From contig NMRA01000249.1 in NCBI GenBank assembly GCA_002633005.1, forward strand, positions 62,001 through 126,000: a DNA stretch of 64,000 bases. Direction: 5' to 3'. A model generated the notes under the pieces. That model worked only from the letters and a program-made list of their open reading frames with translations, did not search any database and was not told the origin of the DNA. The translations under genes were made by a program, and so were the position numbers. Origin of the DNA: Phoronis australis. Taxonomy: Eukaryota; Animalia; Phoronida. Shown here one piece after another: positions 12,501-21,223 of the stretch. The first letter of the stretch is position 1. Every line of letters begins with the position of its first letter.

Positions 12501-15500
12501 GGTGTTTCTATGTAGGCCAAAACCTGACAGATTTTGATTTTTGGACATTTTTACTAACTACTACTCCTCCCAGTGACTTGTGTGTTTGCTTCAATCAGTT
12601 TCTACCAAAGATCGATGAAGGATATTCGTGAAATTTGACAGATTAGGTTTTATCTATGAGAAAGAAACACTTGCTCATTTTTAAACTAGGTCGTGCCCCT
12701 TCTGGGAATTTTATCAGATAAGATTTTGCTCTCTGCCAGGCAATTTGAAGAAAACTGTTTGCAAATGAATGTGTGCTAAATTCAAGGTGGTAGTGACTGG
12801 CTTTGAATATTGGATGGATCCGGCGGCTGCAATGCCCTCTTGTGGGGATTTCAGTATCTCTTAGTGGCAAGTTTGCATCCTTTTTGTAAATCTTAATATT
12901 GCATTAAGTTTGCCAATTTCTGGATGACTGGCACAGTGACTGCAGCCAGTAGATCAATTTTAAGTTCACTGGTGTTACCCTTGTTCATGGGATGTTAAAA
13001 CAAACAATAGCACGCTTACTATATTTGCCATTTGTGGTGGAGGTGGTGGGCATGAATCAGTGATTTTAATTAGGAAGTAGTAGTACAAAGATGAGTCTCA
13101 ATAATGACTTATTTAATACACAGTGCAGATTCACTGTTTGAGAAACATGGCTTATGCTTGAAATTTTAAAAGAACGATTTAATGCCCGTTTCAATGGATT
13201 CCTTATCTGGCGTAAAGATTAGTTGAGCATGAATTTGCAATAAATATCTGCATCAGTGTGATCCACTGAAAGTGATCTTAAACGGTCTTGGTCTGGTATT
13301 TGCTTTCAATTGGCTCACTCCCCAAACATAGGGCATTTGCATGACAAATGAAAGTAGTGCCAAATACCATTACCTTTAATGGACTTGGCTAACCTCTCCA
13401 GAATTGGGCTTTTCAAAGTCAACCGCAGGTGACTCTTCAGTTCAACTAATTGCTACCATGGCATCTAGGGAACCTGTTACAAAGCTGGAAGAGATAATTT
13501 TGTGATTTTGATGGCCAGGTGCTTAGGTCATCAAGCAAAATGAACCATTTCTAACACTTTCCATTTTAAAAAGGGAATTTCCACTCATTCCCTTTTTGTG
13601 CCTGAAAAGTTGCAGATTTTTTCTGCGCCTGGATTTCCATCATTTTGGCTTAAAAATTGATATATTCCATTGCTTTTCAGAAAATTCTGCGTAGAATTCC
13701 ACCGCAGAAATTTCTGCGCAGTAAAATCCCTGCGCTGGAATTTTGCGCAAAAAAGTGTGCGCTGGAATTCTGCGCAGAAATTTCTGCGCATTAAAATTCC
13801 TGCGCTGGAATTTTGTGCAAAAAAGTGTGCGCTGGAATTCTGCGCAGAAATTTCTGCACTAGAATTCTGCGCAGAAATTTCTGTGTCGCAATTTTGCTGC
13901 GCAGAAATTTCTGCGCTGGAATTCTATGCAGAAATTTCTGCACTGGACTTTTGCTGCACAGAAATTTCTGCGCTGAACTTTTGCTGCGCAGGAATTTCTG
14001 AGCAACAGAATTTCAGTGCAGAGATTTCTGCGCAGCAGAATTCCAGCGCAGAAATTTCTGCACATGATACAACAGAGGGCTGAAATGCAATGGAATATAT
14101 CAATTTTTAAGCCAAAATGATGGAAATCCAGGCGCAGAAAAAATCTGCAACTTTTCAGGCACAAAAAGGGAATGAGTGGAAATTCCCTTTTTAAAATGGA
14201 AAGTGTTTTCTCTTACTGAAACATTGATTCAGTGTCACACAGTGATCTATCGATTTTTGATTTTCGGTTTCTAGTGTTTTTATTACAGCCTTTTTCCCTT
14301 ACTGTGGGAAAATATACTAGTAAGTTATATTAACTGTCAGGAATTTGTGTTGAACTGATGATTTGTTTGAATTGTGTTCATTTTCTCTATGTTTTGGAAG
14401 TTGGATAAAAGCAGAAGGCACTCTAAATTGTTAGATTTCAGTTTACTTGTTACGACTTCAAGATTGGATCAAATTGTTATACAGCCAAAGCAATTCATGT
14501 CACTATTTTGCTATTTTAAAAACAAGAACACAGATGTGTTGATCTAAAGCTGCTGCGTCGATATATGAATTATAAAATGCTTCTTTAAATGCCGTCATAG
14601 TCTTCAACCTTTTGCCGAATTACTGTAACTTTGGATAAGTAAGGTGCCCTTCATTTCAGGTGAGAAATTTTCTGGACTCTGTGCTTTCTGACCTGCGTAC
14701 CATGTGGGTACATAGAATCTCTTACCAAGCTAAAGTAGAGTGCTGTTGTGAGAAGAGTTTAACGCACGGCCTTCACTTCCTGGATCTCGATGAGTGCCTG
14801 TCCAGTAAGGTAAGACAGTTGGACTGGAATCTGTGGTCAGTGAAGGGACAGTGCGGTGTCAATATGCCCCTCAACTTGTGAGCAAGTTTGAAAAGACGTC
14901 TTGGCTCAATAAAGGCAGTGAAAGTGCGCTGACGTGGGATGTTGAAGCCCCCATGCTGTGCCACCTTTAAAAATCATCGTTTGGGTCTGTGTTTTGTAGT
15001 GGTTTGTTCATTTTTATACAGCCAGTTAGCGTTTCTAATTATACGTCACTCCGTCTTTGTAAAACCGTGGACACGGAATGATGTTTGTTCATTGTTTCAA
15101 CTTGAGGATTCATTGCCGCTAACTAAAGTTAGTTGGTATGGAATAATAGCTCAGCGTTCGGAGTGCCCGGTCGGTATTTGGAGATCGTTAGATTTCTGTG
15201 TCTGGTCAGGCGAGTTTCTTTCATAGCAGATAACGCCAATGTATTTAGGATTTACACAAACTTGCTAAAGTGAGAACTTACTTCCTAACTACTGTTATGT
15301 TGCCTGTGCTTGTTCAGCTTCATTGCATTTAATTGCCTGGAAAACCTTCATTGGCACACACAAGTGGATTACATCTTTATCTTACTTTCAGGTGGTTCTT
15401 TGCGATCACAGACGAATAAAGACAACCACTTACTGCAGTTGGTTCCCAGCTCCTGTTGTTAAAAGTAAGTAACCTATTTCACGAAATTAATGTTTTAAAA

Positions 15501-18500
15501 TGTCTGAAACTGCAGTTTCTAAAATGTGAAATATGCGCGTGTGTGATTATTTGGGGTCTCCCTTAATTGTTACTGGCCCATTTTTCTGCTTCCATAATCC
15601 ATCACGTTTACTTAGAACATTCCATCTCAATATCGCTAACCTACATCCCTTCTTCATCCTCCTCTATGAGCCAGTCCACGAGAGGTCCCTCTTCTCTGAC
15701 TCTGCGCACCTGAAAATCACCACCTCAGTGTAATAACTGAGATTCACTTTTCATCATCGCTGTCAATGTCACTCTGTATTTCAGCCAATGAGGGTCCTAT
15801 CTTCTCTGACACACTAATCGAGCAGCTGGACTTAGAACACTCTGTCAACATCGAGAGATCTGCTACAGACATGCCAGTCTGGACTAAGAGTGCTGCCAAG
15901 TTACTGAATGGTGGCTCAGATGGACAAGACTGGACAGCTCTGGCCAAGAGGCTTGGTAAGAAATTATAGTAGATAGCCAAGGTGTGGTTATTTAGTTTTG
16001 CCCTTGGTCAACCTCAGGTGTAAAGTGTATTTGCGGTTAAAAGTTGTGCCTTGTTTTTGTTTTTAAAGAGTTCCTGATAACAAGCATGTTGTTAGTGTTT
16101 TTATTGAAAAGACTCACTGAAACACAAACTCAAACTCTTTTGCCGTCCTGTTTACAGGTTATAAGAAGAATAAAATTGAGAAGCTGGGTGAGGACCTGAA
16201 CCCTGCGCTGGCACTGATCGCTGATTGGATCATACTGAGTGGTAACACGCCTCTCTCTGTGGACATGATAGTCTCGTACCTGGAGCAGATGCACAGGGAC
16301 GATATTATTGAGATTATTCAGAAGGGACAAGGTATGGAGACATGGAGTATGGATCGAAGAAGTGTCTCATGAATATTGGGTTAGAGATTAGGGACCCATT
16401 GTGTCAAAGGTTGTAACTTCCGAATGTTGCAGATTCACATTGAGGGTCACAAATGTAGTGTGCTGTTTTCTACAAAAACAAAGCATTGTAGCCTGGTTTT
16501 GGATTGTAGATGACTGATGTCGAATCCCCCTTCCCATAATTTAATTAATAAAGCAGTGTCTTGTAAAACGAATACTCATCATTCTTAGCTTCTGAGCATT
16601 CCACGTTTGATAAGAAGTGCACTTGAACTTGTTAAATCCTCTAGGGGTCGCTTGTCGTTAGTCAATTGATGCCGTGTAGTTTCACTGGCCATGAATTTTA
16701 AGATTCATTAAATGTGGCAGTGCACCCGGAAGAAGGTTAAATCTTATGAACACAATAAATTCATAATGATATAGTCTGGAGCTAATAAGAATTTTACAAG
16801 GCAGCCACGCAGCCTTTTTGGTAACAAAGTGGTGACTGGTATTGACACTTAATGTGGATGGTGTTACTAGTTAATGGCAAGCATTAGAACTTTACACTGA
16901 CAGACTACGGTATATTTCCTCTGAAATTCAGCAGTCTCAGTCATTGAAGCAATAACACCACCCTTCACTAGGCACACTTGACTGTCAATTACAATCACAT
17001 CACCTTGAGATAACAGTCCCCTCTTGATATCTAGGCCTGTGGTTTAATCTTTATACCTGAAATCAATCTCAAACTTACTTTATGCATTTATCATAGATCT
17101 GATTCTACTTTAATGCAGAATCCAGATAAGTATCTATCATTCCGTACTGTGGTGCCTTATGGTTTATGCTGGTTAGTTTGTAGTCCGAGTTTGCATTTGG
17201 TGACCCCAGCATTAAAGCCATGTGTTCGAGTGTGACCTCAAAATCCCAAGTTTTTACTCAAGTTTGTAGCTCAAGCGAACTTGCAATAAAAATTCACCTG
17301 CATAAACCAGAATGTGCTAGAACCCATAATTAGACACTTATATGGAGTCTGCTCAAAAGATGAATGGGAATGTCAAAAACAATTGGTAACAAGTTTGATT
17401 TTGATTAAAAATATTAGATCTCAGTCTCTGATGTTTTATCAGTTTCCAAGTTTTGTCCTTTCTGTAACTGCTCGAGGTCAATGAACGGTGATACACGACT
17501 TGGAGTCAGCTTATCCTAAGTTTCAAGTCTGACATTTTAAGTTACATTGTTCACTGTGATGTGCAAATGCAATATCGTAATGGTCACCGTAACAGCCTTT
17601 GGCCTCAGAAAGACTAGCCATCGCTCAGAGATGGGGACACACTGTTTGCATCACTGCAGTTCATCCCCTGTTGTACTCATTGTTCCGTTTATGTCACTAC
17701 TGAAGTGGACACCCTTGTAATCCTTTACACAGAGTCGGAGGCTGAACCTCCCCAGGTGTTCATCAGCTACCAGTGGGATGCCCAAGATAAAGTGCGACAG
17801 ACACGGGACAGGTTGGAGAGAGCTGGCTACACCTGCTGGATGGACATTGGTCAGATGGGTGGTGGTGACCAGCTGTATTCCAAGATTGACGAGGGTATTA
17901 GGAAAGCCAAGGTAACTAGTGATTAGGATGCCAACTCTGTGTTACATACCTGGCTGTTGGGGAGATGTCTTAACTTACATCAGGTTTAATATTTAGCACC
18001 TACTCTATTTGGTCTTGGCGTCAAACACCACAAGTAGGGAGAAAAATGTGGTACACGTAAGATTTGTGGCAAAAGTAATGTCAGTGACATTACGAACATA
18101 CCAGCTCACTGACCACCATCTCGCGTAATGGAGCACAGAACTGGGCATGTGATCAATCTTGTTGACTGGCATTGTGGTCCATTAATGGAACACCAGTTTC
18201 GTTATAATTTGGGGTTCAATTGCATCAATCATTTTAGGCAAATTGTATGTTTACGATCACAATAATATCTCAAAATGTAGTTTTCTAGCTGTGAGGTGAG
18301 AACACGATTGTCGCATAACAGTGACAGTGTATTGGACCAGTTGTTGTACATGGTTGTTGATTACGTCTCTTTGAAAGTTAGGGAATTATTTAATGGTCAG
18401 AATAAATTGATGTCATGCCTCAGGAAGCAACTCTCACTTGACTAATCATTTACCCACACTAGCTTCTAAATTCTGATTATTAATTGTCACCCAGTTCCAT

Positions 18501-19662
18501 ATAACAATGTTTCCACTATCGCCAACAGGTGGTGCTGGCATGTATAACACCCAAGTACATCGTCTCCCATCACTGTCACAGAGAGCTAAGCCTTGCCGAT
18601 CTCCTCCGTAAACCCATAATTCCTATTATGTACAAGAAAGTTCCCTGGCCTCCTCCAGGTGGCATGGCACTCACGTTGTCACAGCTGGTCTATATCAACA
18701 TGAAGGGTAAGGAATAATTCTTGAAATTTTGTCTGGTTGTGAAAGTACTCAATCATACAGCTTTGAATTATTTCTGAATTTTTGAATGCATGTTTATGAA
18801 GGTCTCGAAAATCAAGGAAAAAACAATCTTACTGTTTGCCATCCTAGCAGTAATTTTGATAACTGTAGGATGTACATTTTCCTAAATTTCCAAATGCAGT
18901 ACTGGGCATGTTGATGGAAACTTGCACAAATTTAGTTGTAAAAAACGTATGACCTTTTGAACAATAATTATATTATACTTTGTATTGAATTTGGTATCTT
19001 ACAATATGAAGCAATTAAGATTACAATGAATATGCTAGGTCTTGGAAAAAATGATCTAATCAGTGAAATTCTTATGTGTAAATCGTAGAATTAGTAATAA
19101 TGTTTGCTATGAAATTTTGTCAACAAGGCTTTACTCCCTGTACTATGGAATCCTCTGATTTCATTTTCTGTTCTTATAAGGATCAAGAAAAAATTCCTTT
19201 TTACGTAAAATTTAGTATCTTTGGTATACGATCTCAGAGATGCAGATTGAAGTATGTCATGTTAATTCTTGTCTAGGGGTTGGAGGTCATGGTGGGTCAG
19301 GAATCCACGCCGACCTCGCAGAACGATACAACGAAATCCTCCAACGTGTGTCGAGGTATGCCACACCGAGCCAGTCAGTGAAAGCAGAGAGTAATCCGTC
19401 CTTGAAAATCTCTGAGAAATTCCACACGGGGTCCGATAGTACGCTAGACGACACATCGTCCAACTATGACACGACACCGGAGCCACCCGTATTCCAAGAG
19501 TTGTTATCCCTTCAGCATGCCTTGCCAGCCAGTCTTCGTACAGCAGAGAACGTGAACGTGAACCGAGCCATTAGACCCCAGCCTCCAGCCGAAGTGACTC
19601 GTAGCGTGACCCGCGTGGAGCAAGTTCACGTGACCAAGTGTGCGGTCTGCACTATACTATAG
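445..19662 (+). CDS. ROCO-family protein, ROC-COR-Death-TIR-CaaX (5'-partial; 16 exons; 878 aa visible)
   Basis: Exons 445-543, 3512-3700, 5339-5455, 7927-8070, 8547-8753, 9361-9522, 10493-10631, 11648-11805, 12226-12336, 14660-14809, 15392-15464, 15785-15955, 16158-16331, 17733-17911, 18529-18706, 19277-19662. All have AG/GT boundaries with compatible phases and sum to 2637 nt (879 codons including TAG). Motifs: ROC (FLTSRAVYVIVFNL, PIFIVGTH), COR (PIKWLKFE, FYHDLGVV, LQPKWL, YYVPARL, GFLPEGLFHRLL), Death, TIR (VFISYQW, WMD, CHRE). Confidence 0.9.
3062..3324. mobile_element. MITE, CATG...(C/T)ATG termini, 5-bp TSD
   Basis: TIR catgcgcacaccca / tgggtgcgtgtatg; TTTCT on both flanks; related inverted copy at 34745-34979. 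Confidence 0.75.
3512..3700 (+). CDS. ROCO exon 2: ROC with G4 motif
   Basis: ttacAG|GDSSTEEELTNLDYMDYWMSSIHAH...SPPIFIVGTHRNSLASDPDILEQM|GTaact; phase 0-0. Confidence 0.92.
4757..5022 (+). pseudogene. Decayed THAP zinc-finger fragment (transposon-derived) in a ROCO intron
   Basis: MPRSCCIPGC...FHQCP...W...; after frameshifts, LCSK and LKKDAM..VF resemble the THAP CSxHF and AVPTIF motifs. Confidence 0.6.
5339..5455 (+). CDS. ROCO exon 3: ROC G5 region
   Basis: tttcAG|VEEKFDQIRSHLVGKSYQRHVVNTFYAVENSLVDSEDEQ|GTaggt; phase 0-0. Confidence 0.85.
7927..8070 (+). CDS. ROCO exon 4: ROC-COR junction
   Basis: ttgcAG|VVKLRRHIEDVASKQPYIGEQMPIKWLKFEQAVAKLVDSGVNFVSTDQ|GTaaag. Confidence 0.92.
8547..8753 (+). 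CDS. ROCO exon 5: COR-A
   Basis: cgcAG|IREVASEEGI...MLEFYHDLGVVIWYG...VILQPKWLVDMFKTVITVKDLDQQ|GTaagg. Confidence 0.93.
9361..9522 (+). CDS. ROCO exon 6: COR
   Basis: ttccAG|WAAYMDSWNRLDKEAILEERLVDHLW...LLGLMEKFDLICIRLPPTH|GTgagt. Confidence 0.92.
10493..10631 (+). CDS. ROCO exon 7: COR (YYVPARL...FNGFLP)
   Basis: ttccAG|LKDTADYAQNSYYVPARLKAQ...VFYLCFNGFLP+g|GTgggt; phase 0-1. Confidence 0.9.
11648..11805 (+). CDS. ROCO exon 8: COR-B
   Basis: ttacAG|(E)GLFHRLLVRGVRWSQENGSTEPQLYYRHARFFLDNEHDFMLDMAPIKDARIK|GTaaat; phase 1-0. Confidence 0.92.
12226..12336 (+). CDS. ROCO exon 9: COR-B
   Basis: ctttAG|VTILRVAVLGDANDDTHSVSSMDRLAQTPPNPSACAK|GTaata; phase 0-0. Confidence 0.85.
13553..14207. mobile_element. 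Foldback-type non-autonomous element with 128-bp TIRs and an internal tandem array
   Basis: 13553-13680 is the reverse complement of 14080-14207 with one mismatch; the interior is about 27-bp units such as gcgctggaattctgcgcagaaatttct. Confidence 0.9.
14660..14809 (+). CDS. ROCO exon 10: end of COR, Cys/His cluster
   Basis: tttcAG|VRNFLDSVLSDLRTMWVHRISYQAKVECCCEKSLTHGLHFLDLDECLSSK|GTaaga. Confidence 0.88.
15392..15464 (+). CDS. ROCO exon 11: end of Cys/His cluster
   Basis: tttcAG|VVLCDHRRIKTTTYCSWFPAPVVK+a|GTaagt; phase 0-1. Confidence 0.85.
15785..15955 (+). CDS. ROCO exon 12: linker and start of Death domain
   Basis: tttcAG|(T)NEGPIFSDTLIEQ...SAAKLLNGGSDGQDWTALAKRL+g|GTaaga; 'DWxxLAxxLG' Death-domain signature; phase 1-1. 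Confidence 0.9.
16158..16331 (+). CDS. ROCO exon 13: Death domain core
   Basis: ttacAG|(G)YKKNKIEKLGEDLNPALALIADWIILSGNTPLSVDMIVSYLEQMHRDDIIEIIQKGQ+g|GTatgg; phase 1-1. Confidence 0.9.
17733..17911 (+). CDS. ROCO exon 14: TIR N-terminal half
   Basis: acacAG|(E)SEAEPPQVFISYQWDAQDKVRQTRDRLERAGYTCWMDIGQMGGGDQLYSKIDEGIRKAK|GTaact; TIR_2-type FISY/WMD motifs. Confidence 0.94.
18529..18706 (+). CDS. ROCO exon 15: TIR C-terminal half with catalytic-position Glu
   Basis: aacAG|VVLACITPKYIVSHHCHRELSLADLLRKPIIPIMYKKVPWPPPGGMALTLSQLVYINMK+g|GTaagg. Confidence 0.94.
19277..19662 (+). CDS. ROCO exon 16 (last coding): TIR helix E, low-complexity tail, CaaX box
   Basis: gtctAG|(G)VGGHGGSGIHADLAERYNEILQRV...VEQVHVTKCAVCTIL*; TAG at 19660-19662. 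Confidence 0.88.
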
Positions 19663-19973
19663 AAGAGGGCTTACAGGGACGCATTTTGTGTTTTAGGCGT
19701 TTAGCCAACCTTTCGTTTTGCTAGTCGTTGAAAGACATATACCTGGTACCTGTGGACTTGTCCATACTTTTTAGTTCCATAAAAATAGGGACTAGGTGGA
19801 ACATGTATTCCCCCTCTCACTCACATTGTAATGCCTTCTTCATCAACGTATACGGGAGTGGTTTGAAATTTATGTGTGGACTTTCACACCATGCATTATG
19901 TGCCTCTGTATTATTGTCCATGCAACAAGTGAAAGGCTTATAATGTACAGATTACAAATACTGTAATGCCCTG

Positions 19974-20208
19974 GCGCCTGTTCCAACAAAACTGACTTAG
20001 CTAAGACAAATCTTAAATTTTAGTAAATTTAAAATAAAAGTTAAATTTGTCTCAAAGCAAATTGAAGAAAAAGATCTTAAGTTTGATTTAAGTGTGTGTC
20101 TTAATTTTGACTAACTTACCGAATGTGGAAGTTTCAAAGCTTGGAAGTTAAGACAAATCTTAAACTTAAGTCAAAAATGACCTTAAGTCAGTTCCTTGGA
20201 ACAGGTCC
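19974..20208. mobile_element. PIF/Harbinger-like MITE in the probable ROCO 3' UTR
   Basis: TIR gcgcctgttccaa / ttggaacaggtcc; CTG on both flanks; second copy at 24906-25149. Confidence 0.8.
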
Positions 20209-21143
20209 CTGATGTCTTGAGGATGGTGGGGGGGGGGGGTCAGTGACTTGTGGTGAGCTCATTTGAGGTCCCCTTTACTGTCCCTTGTAACCCTCCAGAC
20301 GGTGGTTGCATCAGTGATGGACATCTGACAAAATATTGATCATGCGTTGTACTGTAGAGCTTTTAAAAGTTTTTGGAAATGTGAAGAGGAGTACAACTCG
20401 ACTAAAGTCTCAGCACCTTTTTGTACATTTACAAGGTGTTCCCATTGTGAATTGCACCGCACCTGCTAAACTTGGTGCCTATTTTTGAGATACCCTGTAT
20501 TTTGTATGCAGTCAGGAAGTTCGAAATTGAACCATGTCCCGTTACATAGATAAAAATTAGAGTATTAATGTAACTTGAAGGATGCGAAGTGTCTTTTTTA
20601 CGTTAATTGTGAAATTGATTAATCTGCTATTTTGATTTGAAATCACCTGAAATGTGAGCTGGCTTGTATTTGGAGAAGCCGGTCTCGCCATATGGATTGC
20701 ATGAGTTTTGAGTCCAGATGTTTGTTGTCTAGTTGGTAATTTGCAAGGCAATTCTAAACATTAATTGAGAACATTTTTGTTAGTGAAAAGTGGTACATAA
20801 TGGTTCCACGAATTTCTTGAACTTTCTGCAAAGTTTCGCTCGCTTTGTTCAAGAATTTGCGGCCTCTGCTTTTGCAAAAATCAAGTTTATGTATTAAGAA
20901 TGTTTTGGGATTTTTAGTCATTGCAGCAGAAGGTATTTCTGATTTTACCTTTATAATATTTTGAAAAATGTACCTGCTGTGTGGCTGTCTGGGTTGATTG
21001 TCAGTTTGTATTATCATCTGACAAATTATTTGGACTTTATGGTTATTATCCTGGTATTGTTAGATTTGAGGAAAATTTACTACAATGCCTTACTTTTTGT
21101 CATTGTTTTGAACAAGACATGACACCTGAAAATGAGGTGATGA

Positions 21144-21223
21144 AATAAATATTTTAAAAATAGTCATATCTCTGTTTGAATTTAGTAGAGCCACATATAA
21201 CTGTGATTGTTATAAACAATAAA
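21144..21223 (+). terminator. Candidate poly(A) signals of the ROCO gene
   Basis: AATAAA at 21144-21149 and 21218-21223 after about 1.5 kb of AT-rich, UTR-like sequence; inference only. Confidence 0.3.

Noticed and set aside
13585-14164. Overlapping repetitive ORFs (EISALEFCA..., RRNFCA...) and a CRISPR-like look
   Set aside because: These are translations of the palindromic tandem array inside the foldback element. There are no unique spacers or cas genes, and the context is a eukaryotic intron.
445-19662. Naming the ROCO gene LRRK2, DAPK1, MFHAS1 or MyD88
   Set aside because: There is no kinase after COR, and the Death-TIR-CaaX C-terminus matches none of them. The N-terminus is outside the window, so no symbol was assigned.
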